Origin: Promethearchaeota archaeon | Lineage (GTDB): Archaea; Asgardarchaeota; Lokiarchaeia; Sigyniarchaeales; SOKP01 | NCBI GenBank assembly: GCA_016926735.1 | Contig: JAFGOA010000042.1 | Location: 1-11,053 of the forward strand | Direction of reading: 5' to 3' | Length of the DNA stretch: 11,053 nt | In this document: in pieces, positions 1 through 7,223 of the stretch | How positions within the stretch are numbered: the stretch's first letter is position 1 | How the letters are laid out: every line of letters starts with the position of its first letter | Notes under the pieces: generated by a model | The model's database searches: none | What the model was told of the DNA's origin: nothing | The model's input: only the letters and a program-made list of their open reading frames with translations | Program-made: the position numbers and the translations under genes

Positions 1-358
1 GAAAACAGGATGCGGGGCTATTCATTGCCTTCTGGCAGGTACATTGGTTTCATTCCCACGTACAGCAAGCGATAAAGCTCCAGAGCATGCACCAAGGCAT
101 CAGGTTTAGAAAAGTCCCGGCTCGCAATACTTCTAAACGTTGTTCCTGTTGTGGTAAGCTTGGCAATTGCTCTGGTAAACAATTTATCTGCCCTCATTGT
201 GGTCTTAGCTTGGATGCAGACCTCAATGCTGCTCGCAACATCGTGAAATAACAAAAATCTAATCACGCGTTGTCAGGCACGTCACATTGACCTCTTCTAT
301 AGGGAGGGGTCACGGCCGTCAGTTACAGGCCAAAAAGAGGATGTATGCAGATGTCCAG
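1..358 (+). mobile_element. Right part of an IS200/IS605- or IS607-family (tnpB-carrying) element; right end at about 313 or about 358
   Basis: tnpB 3' end plus downstream hairpins. The segment is visibly more GC-rich than the flank and switches abruptly to AT-rich sequence at about 359. The exact boundary cannot be determined by eye. Confidence 0.75.
3..251 (+). CDS. tnpB: TnpB-family RNA-guided endonuclease, C-terminal part (5' end outside the window)
   Basis: Manual translation of frame +3 gives KQDAGLFIAFWQVHWFHSHVQQAIKLQSMHQGIRFRKVPARNTSKRCSCCGKLGNCSGKQFICPHCGLSLDADLNAARNIVK* (TAA 249-251). It contains V-x-A-x-N-TS-x-x-C-x-x-CG, the second CPHCG zinc knuckle and the RuvC-III motif DADLNAARNI. 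It is absent from the ORF track because the start lies upstream. Confidence 0.93.
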   Translation, partial: KQDAGLFIAFWQVHWFHSHVQQAIKLQSMHQGIRFRKVPARNTSKRCSCCGKLGNCSGKQFICPHCGLSLDADLNAARNIVK

Positions 359-378
359 ATTTTAAGTAACTATAAACC
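252..378 (+). ncRNA. Putative TnpB omegaRNA (reRNA) 3' scaffold plus flank-derived guide
   Basis: Three consecutive hairpins, allowing G-U pairs: TGACCTCTTC-TATA-GGGAGGGGTCA (288-312), GGCCGT-CAGTT-ACAGGCC (314-331) and GGATGT-ATGCAG-ATGTCC (339-356). The position directly after tnpB is where omegaRNAs are encoded. The 5' end may overlap tnpB. Confidence 0.55.
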
Positions 379-801
379 TTTAACAAATGATTTAAAACGT
401 CATAAATTCTTAAATTTTAAATCTAATAAAGATAAATTTATACCTAGACCTATAAAAAATATATTAAATAGATTTAAACAAGAAAGCATTGGATTAAAAA
501 TCCCCTGGACTAAAAATATCCATGGTAAAATAGCATTAGCTTGGTTACTTGGTTTTTATGATGGAGATGGTACTCATAAGGAAGGGAAAACAGGTATAAT
601 TTATTCATCGAGTAGGGAACTATTAAAAGAAATCAAAGAAGATTTTGGAAGTCCAAATAAAATCTATGTAAACTCAACTGATGAATATTTTAGTCATAAT
701 AAAAAAAAATCACAATTATGTATGGATTAGTCCTAGGACCTAAACTTTTTAATGTAATTTTTGAATCATATAAAAATAGTATGTTAAGAAAAAAACCATA
801 A
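359..801 (+). pseudogene. LAGLIDADG homing-endonuclease-like gene, C-terminal half; interrupted by the IS and carrying a -1 frameshift at A9 (701-709)
   Basis: The LAGLIDADG helix ALAWLLGFYDGDG is followed by GIIYSSSRELLKEIK. The ORF-track N-terminus (287-358) is translated IS end. After the A9 run, the -1 frame continues ITIMYGLVLGPKLFNVIFESYKNSMLRKKP* (TAA 799-801), a plausible LAGLIDADG C-terminus. Confidence 0.75.
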
Positions 802-875
802 ATTACATTAATTTTAAACTAAACATCTCAATTTATGATCTATTAATGAGTTATCAAAATCAAATAAATTAAATC

Positions 876-1907
876 TCAAAACACATCCCACTTATTACAC
901 CTGCTGCCCCATCTTGCGATAATCTCGTCCCCTTTCTCAGGCATCTTAACTTGAACAATCTCACAATTGTTTGGGCAATCTCCACATTTAAAAGATGAGG
1001 TATTAAATACAATCTCTGATACATTTAACCCTCTGAATTCTGTTTCATGTTCATGTTCTAGATAATAATCTTTTGCTAAGATAGCCATTCCTAGAGCACC
1101 CATCAGAACATTATATTTTGGAACAATAATTTCACAATCTAAATGTCTTTCAAATGCTTGTATAATTCCTTTGTTGAAAGAGACTCCTCCTTGAAACACT
1201 ATAGGTTTTTCCAAATCTTTTCCTTTAGAAAGATTATTTAAATAATTTCTAACCAAGGAATCACATAATCCTGCAATAATATCCTCTCGAGAGTGTCCCG
1301 CATTTTGCTTATGAATCATATCCGATTCTGCAAAGACAGTACATCTTCCTGCTATTGATACTGGATTTTTTGATTTTATCGCATAATCACCAAATTCCTC
1401 AATAGGAATTCCTAATCGTGATGCTTGATGGTCTAAAAATGAACCGGTTCCCGCGGCACATACAGAATTCATTGCGAAATCTACAATTATTCCATCTCTT
1501 AAAAGAATAATTTTACTATCTTGTCCTCCAATTTCTAAGATAGTTCTTACATCAGGATACATTGATTGAGTTGCTACTGCATGAGCAATAATTTCTGTTT
1601 TTGCTAAATCTGCTCCTACAACGGCTTTTGTTAAATATCTTGCTGATCCTGTTGTTCCACAAGCTTTAATTTCATATTGTTGTAACTCTTCATTTTCTTT
1701 TATATGTTCTCGTAATTTAGCCATACCATTTTTTACGACATCTATTGGTGATCCTTTATTTCTTAAGAACACATTACTCAATACATTCCCATCTTTATCA
1801 ATTAATATAAATTTACAACTAACAGATCCTACATCAATACCTAAAAAAGCTTCTCTTCCAGTTTTTTCTTTAAAGACTTCTGTTGTTTCTCCTTTTGGTT
1901 CAATCAT
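876..1907 (-). CDS. 2-hydroxyacyl-CoA dehydratase activator / CoA-substrate-specific enzyme activase (HgdC, BadF/BadG/BcrA/BcrD ASKHA ATPase)
   Basis: Motifs GIDVGSVSCK, TGSAR, EIGGQDSK, MNSVCAAGTGSFLD and RCTVFAES (the two [4Fe-4S] Cys) and FQGGV, plus a C-terminal CxxCxxxC...WGSRC extension. Confidence 0.93.
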   Translation of the reverse strand: MIEPKGETTEVFKEKTGREAFLGIDVGSVSCKFILIDKDGNVLSNVFLRNKGSPIDVVKNGMAKLREHIKENEELQQYEIKACGTTGSARYLTKAVVGADLAKTEIIAHAVATQSMYPDVRTILEIGGQDSKIILLRDGIIVDFAMNSVCAAGTGSFLDHQASRLGIPIEEFGDYAIKSKNPVSIAGRCTVFAESDMIHKQNAGHSREDIIAGLCDSLVRNYLNNLSKGKDLEKPIVFQGGVSFNKGIIQAFERHLDCEIIVPKYNVLMGALGMAILAKDYYLEHEHETEFRGLNVSEIVFNTSSFKCGDCPNNCEIVQVKMPEKGDEIIARWGSRCNKWDVF

Positions 1908-2121
1908 AGTTTTTAATACTCTTTAAAATTATAAACCTTGCTTTTAGAATTATGTAACAATATTTCAAATGTATCAAAATTAATTAATTCTATGGTTAAT
2001 TAAAAAAGAATATCTTTATTTAAAAACAAAATCAGCTAAAACATATTATTCATAAATCCTTGAAAAATTCAAGATTAATCCAATTCTATATAAAAATCAT
2101 TAAAAATATTAAATTTGATAT

Positions 2122-2580
2122 TTAACCAAAAAATAACAATTCTACTTTTTGTTCAATATTCATTGACGAAATCCCAATAATTTTATTGATATCTTCTCTA
2201 AAATCAATAAATTGTGTAGAATAAGAAAAATCTCTATTCTTATATTTTTCTTTAAATTTTTTTATTATTCTTTCTAAAACTGGAATAATTTTTGAATTTA
2301 GATCTTTATTAAATTTCTTATATCTTTTCATAATGAAGTATGCATGAAGTTCTGTTTCCTCTTCCTCTACTCCTATAATTTTATCTTTTTTAAATGCAAA
2401 AGTATAATTATTACTCTCGAATGACTCTACAGGAGAGATCAAAATCTCTGCAAAATTTAATATGCATGATAATAGGGCACATTTATTAATTGAATCAAGC
2501 TCCTCCTCGGAAGGATTATTATAATTAACTGTAATTGTAGGGACCCCGCCAATTATAATACCTACTTCATTAATAAACAT
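2122..2580 (-). CDS. Small soluble longin/roadblock-like protein (likely ATG start at 2580; ORF track starts at TTG 2589)
   Basis: The pattern matches a longin-type beta-beta-alpha-beta-beta-beta-alpha-alpha arrangement: beta hairpin (INEVGIIIGGVPTITVNY), helix (ALLSCILNFAEILI), strands (VESFES, YTFAFK, LHAYFIM), then helices (LERIIKKFKEKY, FIDFREDINKII). Fold call made by eye. Confidence 0.6.
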   Translation of the reverse strand: MFINEVGIIIGGVPTITVNYNNPSEEELDSINKCALLSCILNFAEILISPVESFESNNYTFAFKKDKIIGVEEEETELHAYFIMKRYKKFNKDLNSKIIPVLERIIKKFKEKYKNRDFSYSTQFIDFREDINKIIGISSMNIEQKVELLFFG

Positions 2581-2696
2581 AAATATCAATATAACGGATT
2601 TTTGAATAACTAAACATTTATATATTATTCTCAGACCAAAGATCTATTTATAGTTTTTAAATTTATTCTGTAGATTTTTCTTTTAATGATTTGCTC

Positions 2697-3782
2697 CTAT
2701 TTTCTTATTTTTAAGATGTCATTAATAATGTCTTCAATTGGAGAAAATACTTTAAGTTCTCCTTTCCAATTTTTTAATATATGATGATAAACCGTTTCTA
2801 TTCTATTAGTTATCTTCTCTGATATGTATTGATATACTTTTAGAGATTTCATGCTAATTATAACACTGTATATATATACTCCTGAAAAAATTGTAATTTT
2901 ATTATCTTTCCTCTCTATTGATGATAATATACTATTATTTATATTTTGTAAAATCATTTCTATAGTTACTATCCCTCCAGATTTTAAAGAATCTTCTATA
3001 TAATTAGTATCAATGTTAAAATCCTTTTTATAAATAAGTAATCCTGATTTATAAATAATGAAAATGGATCCTAAGCGCTCTTTCCAATGTAATTCTGAAA
3101 GAGAGGGAATATTAGAAAAAAAAATAAAGAGAAAACATGCTCCAGATATTTGAAAAAAATCTGCTATAAACCTATAGAGCAAATAATTATCTATTAATCT
3201 TGATCTTTGAATCAATTGAAATCCTAATACCATTAAAGAAAATCCTATTAAAAAACAGGTTATTACAAATTTAATTTTTTTTGGTTTTGTTCCTAAATAA
3301 TTTTGTTTATAGAGATTTCTGTAATAAATAAAAATATATATTAAAAAATATAACCATGAGAAAATTGTTATTGTAAAAATATAATCATTATTGAAAATCC
3401 ATATAACTAAATAAATACATAATATCAAACTATAAGATTTGGTAAAAAACAACTTTTTCAATTCTGATTTTTTTTTTTCTGTTATATATAGAAAAATTAA
3501 TAATACAAATGATAAAATAAAAAATCCCAAAAATAAAAATAAATTTTTTAGATTTGATGAATAAATATAAAAATCAGCAATTATAATTAACATCCATCTG
3601 ATTGAATATCCTAAGGATAAATAAATATATCCTATTTCTCCATATGTCCCTAATTTTTTCTTTTTATCATTTAGTTTTATTATTAAAAATATAGACAACT
3701 CGATGAAAATAAGTAATATAAGCCATTCAAGAATGAGAAGTGGTTCTTTTAAAGGACCTGAGATGGGATAAGATAATTCTAT
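2697..3782 (-). CDS. Seven-TM membrane protein with C-terminal longin-like domain (paralog B); the frame extends 28 codons upstream of the ORF-track start
   Basis: The frame is open from ATA 3782 (IELSYPISGPLKEPLLILEWLILLIFIE-LSIFLII...), which completes TM1. Six more hydrophobic segments follow, then IPSLSELHW and a soluble domain: SIFIIYKSGLLIY..LKSGGIVTIEMILQNI..KITIFSGVYIYSVIIS..WKGELKVFSPIEDII. Confidence 0.7.
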   Translation of the reverse strand: MELSYPISGPLKEPLLILEWLILLIFIELSIFLIIKLNDKKKKLGTYGEIGYIYLSLGYSIRWMLIIIADFYIYSSNLKNLFLFLGFFILSFVLLIFLYITEKKKSELKKLFFTKSYSLILCIYLVIWIFNNDYIFTITIFSWLYFLIYIFIYYRNLYKQNYLGTKPKKIKFVITCFLIGFSLMVLGFQLIQRSRLIDNYLLYRFIADFFQISGACFLFIFFSNIPSLSELHWKERLGSIFIIYKSGLLIYKKDFNIDTNYIEDSLKSGGIVTIEMILQNINNSILSSIERKDNKITIFSGVYIYSVIISMKSLKVYQYISEKITNRIETVYHHILKNWKGELKVFSPIEDIINDILKIRK

Positions 3783-4921
3783 TTGTCAACACCTCTATTC
3801 AGAAATTTTTCAATAATTTTAGAAAATCCTAATATTATATCTTTCTTATTTATAAATGTTAAATTCTTGTTTACTATAATATTTTTATAAGATCTCTGAA
3901 AATGTATTTTGATAAACTCTAAAAAATATTTAATGCTGTTTAGATCTTTTTGTGCTATAATTAAAAATAATATATGGCTTAGTTTATAATTTCCATGACT
4001 TATGTATATATAATGATCTCCATGAGTTATTTTTTCTATATTTTCATGTTTATTAACAAATTTTGAAACAAAATCTTCTATATCTGGTATATTCACTGAA
4101 ATTGTAATGATCTTATCTAAATCTTTTAGTTGTTGAGAAGGGGTTTTTTCTTCGCTGATATTTTTTTTTTTATAAGTATAAGAATATAATATCTCATTAA
4201 TTTTTGAATCTATGATAAGAATTTGTAAAATCTTATCCTGCCAATGTATTTCTAAAAGAATTGGGAATCTATACGCACCAAATAAAACAATTAATAAAGA
4301 AAATATCATTATAGGGATTGTAATTAATTCAATTAGGTTCTGTATTTCAACTTGAAAATAGATTAAAGATTCTTCAGCTCTTAATAAAATGGCAAATATA
4401 AGTACACAAAATCCAATATAAATTAATATAATACGATTTTTAGCATTATCTGGAATATGTTTAATTATTTTAATATGGGCATAAGTTAAATAGATTATAC
4501 CAATAAATATACTTAAAAATATCAAAATTCGTTCTATAATATCGGGTATTGTAAATGTAATAATGATAGAAAATATAATTGCTAACGATAATACAGCTTT
4601 AGTATATTTCACATTAACTATCTTATTAAATGATTTATTAGATATAATAATTAAAAAAATTATAACACCAAATGCAATTAACACATGAGAAATTTTATAT
4701 AATAGAAAATAGAATAGAATACTTTCCTCATAATAAAATGAAATTGTTCTTATAAATACACCGCTCATACCAAAAGCAGAAAACAATCCATAAGCAAGTA
4801 TAATTCTATTAATAGCTATTTTTTCCTTTCTAATTTTGATATATTGATATATAAGATAAAAACCAATTTCGTAACCAATAAAAAGTGCTATACATAAAAA
4901 TGGTAAAAAATATTCATGCAA
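3779..4921 (-). CDS. Seven-TM membrane protein with C-terminal longin-like domain (paralog A)
   Basis: Seven hydrophobic segments in about the first 215 aa, then FPILLEIHW and a soluble domain: ILQILIIDSKINEILYSY..IEKITHGDHYIYISHG..ILFLIIAQKD..FLEFIKIHFQRSY. The TTG start is uncertain. Confidence 0.7.
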   Translation of the reverse strand: MHEYFLPFLCIALFIGYEIGFYLIYQYIKIRKEKIAINRIILAYGLFSAFGMSGVFIRTISFYYEESILFYFLLYKISHVLIAFGVIIFLIIISNKSFNKIVNVKYTKAVLSLAIIFSIIITFTIPDIIERILIFLSIFIGIIYLTYAHIKIIKHIPDNAKNRIILIYIGFCVLIFAILLRAEESLIYFQVEIQNLIELITIPIMIFSLLIVLFGAYRFPILLEIHWQDKILQILIIDSKINEILYSYTYKKKNISEEKTPSQQLKDLDKIITISVNIPDIEDFVSKFVNKHENIEKITHGDHYIYISHGNYKLSHILFLIIAQKDLNSIKYFLEFIKIHFQRSYKNIIVNKNLTFINKKDIILGFSKIIEKFLNRGVDK

Positions 4922-5477
4922 AATATTTTTCTCTTATTAAATTAATATTTGTTAAAAGGTTTCTATACATTTATTCTGTCATTTCAATATATAAATATTT
5001 CCGATTAGTTAATTCGAATAAAATATTTTAATACATTCTCTTTTTTTTATTAGATAATAAAACCTTCTATTCAATAATTACTGAATTCTGTAAATTAAAT
5101 AATATTATTGACCAAAACTCTTAATATTTGTATCAATTAATTTAATTGAGACCTTTTAATATGTAGTTTAAGCTTTCATTTTTATATAATAGATTTATTC
5201 TTATGATTTATTCGAATTCAAAATCATATATTGATAAGATAATTTTTCTTAGATTATAAATAGTATAAAGAAATAGAATAATAATATTATAAAAATAGTA
5301 TAATCTTAAAATGAATAAATTTGCGCTAAATTTATTTCAGGTTATAAGATGTTTAAAAAAGAGAAGAAAGAGTAGAAATTTAAATATCAAGTGAAAAGGG
5401 GAGATTCTATTAGATAAGATTTATCAAATAGAAGGCGAAATCCAATTTTATATATAAATATTCAACTCCTTCTTGCA

Positions 5478-5588
5478 TTATAAATCATAATTCATATTTA
5501 AATATTCATGTGTTATAGATGGTAAAATATTAATCCTTACATCCTTAATTGAACGATAATTATGAATTACAATCCCTTTTATTTTCAA
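5478..5588 (-). pseudogene. Truncated N-terminus of an ABC/SMC-type ATPase (OLD / AAA_15 / AAA_21-like)
   Basis: TTG 5588 to TAA 5478 encodes MKIKGIVIHNYRSIKDVRINILPSITHEYLNMNYDL. The first ~25 aa match the M-K-I-x-x-I-x-I-x-N-[YF]-R-S-I-x-D start of OLD/SMC-like ATPases. Similarity ends where the Walker A G-x-N-x-x-GK[ST] should begin. Confidence 0.6.
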
Positions 5589-5763
5589 ACAAATTACTTT
5601 TGTCTTTAGTGATAATATAGAATAAATTAAAATAAATAAAATAATATACTCGGTTGGATTTTCTAAAAATAATTATTAAAATATGAAAATAAACTTTAAA
5701 AAATTTAAAATTATTGCTCAATAATATTTATTACGTTTATAATATTTGTTCTATTTATTTTTT

Positions 5764-6639
5764 CTATTCTATTCTTCTCAATAAATCATTTTCAGAAAGA
5801 TATTTTTTAGGGTAATATTTCATAACACCTATACCTGCAGTACGATTTCCACCCACATTAGTATATTGACCAAGCTTACATAAAATATCTATCCATTTAC
5901 AATTCCCTAAATAATCCTGATTAACATATTCATGATCGAATTCTCTGTTAATACATTCCAAGTAATGTTTATAATAATTCTCATTAATTTTTGTAATATT
6001 ATAGCTCACATTTCCTAAGCCACCTATGACTGGTCGAGGTTTTCCAATTTCTTTCCTAACAGTTTTCATTAGATAAGCACTAGTATATACATGAGCATTA
6101 ATCCAACTTAAAAAATTATCTCTATCAATCTCTAAGGTGTTCTTATAGATATCATTCCAAATATTTGCTAAATTTCCAAATAAAAGATTGGGAAGTGGAA
6201 ATCTTACTGGATAATCACCCATACTTGTATTGAAGTATACTGATGTTGGAAAATTAATATTAAAATTTTTTACTGGTTTTGAAATATTTAATAATTGTTC
6301 AAAATTGATTTTCTCTAATTGAATTTGTGCAATATAATAATCTTTTTGCCCAATCCTTAGTTTAGCTTTTTCAGTAGAAATTATGTCTTGAAGAAGGGTA
6401 TTATTGAGTTCTTCCATATAGGAAACTAAAATAAAATCGATTTTAGGTATTTTATTATATATAATGCAGTTTATCGAATAAGGACGGACTTTTTCAAATT
6501 CATGAAAGATGTGTATTAATTCAGGTTTAATATTTTTTAACCATTCCATAATTACTCCACGAAAAATATAACCAAACGGATGCTCATAAGGTTTAATTTG
6601 CCCATCTTCTGGATATAATTCAAATCTTAATTTTATCAT
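5764..6639 (-). CDS. cas6: CRISPR-associated endoribonuclease Cas6 (no other cas gene in the window)
   Basis: Motifs FRGVIMEWL..IFHE..VRPYSI, F-x-T-x-V-x-F, FPLPNLLFGNLANIWN and GGLG-x-V-x-Y, plus the C-terminal G-rich loop YTNVGGNRTAGIG. Confidence 0.88.
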   Translation of the reverse strand: MIKLRFELYPEDGQIKPYEHPFGYIFRGVIMEWLKNIKPELIHIFHEFEKVRPYSINCIIYNKIPKIDFILVSYMEELNNTLLQDIISTEKAKLRIGQKDYYIAQIQLEKINFEQLLNISKPVKNFNINFPTSVYFNTSMGDYPVRFPLPNLLFGNLANIWNDIYKNTLEIDRDNFLSWINAHVYTSAYLMKTVRKEIGKPRPVIGGLGNVSYNITKINENYYKHYLECINREFDHEYVNQDYLGNCKWIDILCKLGQYTNVGGNRTAGIGVMKYYPKKYLSENDLLRRIE

Positions 6640-6666
6640 AATATATCTCTAATATATCTCTAATAT
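6639..6666. repeat. Tandem 11-bp repeat TAATATATCTC x2.5 abutting the cas6 start codon
   Basis: Exact copies at 6639-6649 and 6650-6660, with a partial copy at 6661-6666. Confidence 0.8.
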
Positions 6667-6796
6667 TTAATAATTTTAATATTTTTATTTTATAGAAAAA
6701 GCCATTAAAACCTTGAAGTTCTAATTATTTTATTTTCGATAAATTCTCATTCAATTTAAAATAAGTTTTTTATCTTTAATTTCAATAATTAATATA

Positions 6797-7198
6797 ATGA
6801 CGAGAGAAATATCATTTAGATGGCTGGAAGAAGCAATAAATGATTTTGAAATGGGAAATATATTATTAAAGGCTGAGAAATTTAATGGTGCTGTGTTTCA
6901 TTATCAACAGTCTGCTGAAAAGGCTTTAAAAGCAGTTCATTATTTTTATGATCACCAACCTTGGGGACATTCCATATTAAATTTGATTAACGAATTAATA
7001 AATACAGGCAAAAATTCCTTTAGTAAGTTTAAAAAATATGCTAGAGAAATCGACCGTCATTATACAACTACTCGATATCCCGATGCTCTCCCAGATATAT
7101 CTCCAAAAGACGTTTATGATGAAGAAATTGCAAATGAAATTAGAGAAAAAGTTAGAGAAATTTTAGATTTTGTTAAAATTGAGTTGGATCTTAAATAA
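6797..7198 (+). CDS. HEPN domain protein (COG2250-like; putative toxin of a HEPN-MNT pair)
   Basis: Motifs W-L-x-x-A-x-x-D, AVFHYQQSAEKALKA, GHS-I-x-x-L and Y-x-x-T-RYPD. Confidence 0.92.
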   Translation: MTREISFRWLEEAINDFEMGNILLKAEKFNGAVFHYQQSAEKALKAVHYFYDHQPWGHSILNLINELINTGKNSFSKFKKYAREIDRHYTTTRYPDALPDISPKDVYDEEIANEIREKVREILDFVKIELDLK

Positions 7199-7223
7199 AA
7201 TAGAAAATATGTGAAATAAAAAA

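Noticed and set aside
18-266. 82-aa minus-strand ORF from the track
   Set aside because: Antisense shadow of the tnpB C-terminus, which has clear motifs on the + strand.
287-358. N-terminus of the 147-aa ORF (MTSSIGRGHGRQLQ...)
   Set aside because: Translated IS right-end hairpins with different composition, unlikely to be native LAGLIDADG sequence. Use of ATG 341 cannot be fully excluded.
359-801. Intein or group I intron context for the LAGLIDADG domain
   Set aside because: No C-terminal HN-[CST] splice motif, host extein or rRNA/tRNA exon is visible.
2059-2073. Hairpin CTTGAA-AAA-TTCAAG between the longin-like gene and the activator
   Set aside because: A 6-bp AT-rich stem is too weak to call a terminator or operator.
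2697-4921. Rhodopsin or true GPCR identity for the 7TM proteins
   Set aside because: No retinal-binding Lys motif in TM7 and no DRY/NPxxY motifs; only topology is shared.
4914-4970. ATG at 4970 (MYRNLLTNINLIREKYFA*) as a frameshifted true start of paralog A
   Set aside because: Out of frame by one base with no homology evidence; cannot be supported without orthologs.
5311-5478. Short ORFs MNKFALNLFQ... (+, 5311-5394) and MQEGVEYLYI... (-, 5410-5478)
   Set aside because: Under 30 aa with no recognisable motif; expected by chance.
4922-5763. CRISPR array or mini-array next to cas6
   Set aside because: No regularly spaced direct repeats found by eye on either strand; only low-complexity AT-rich sequence.
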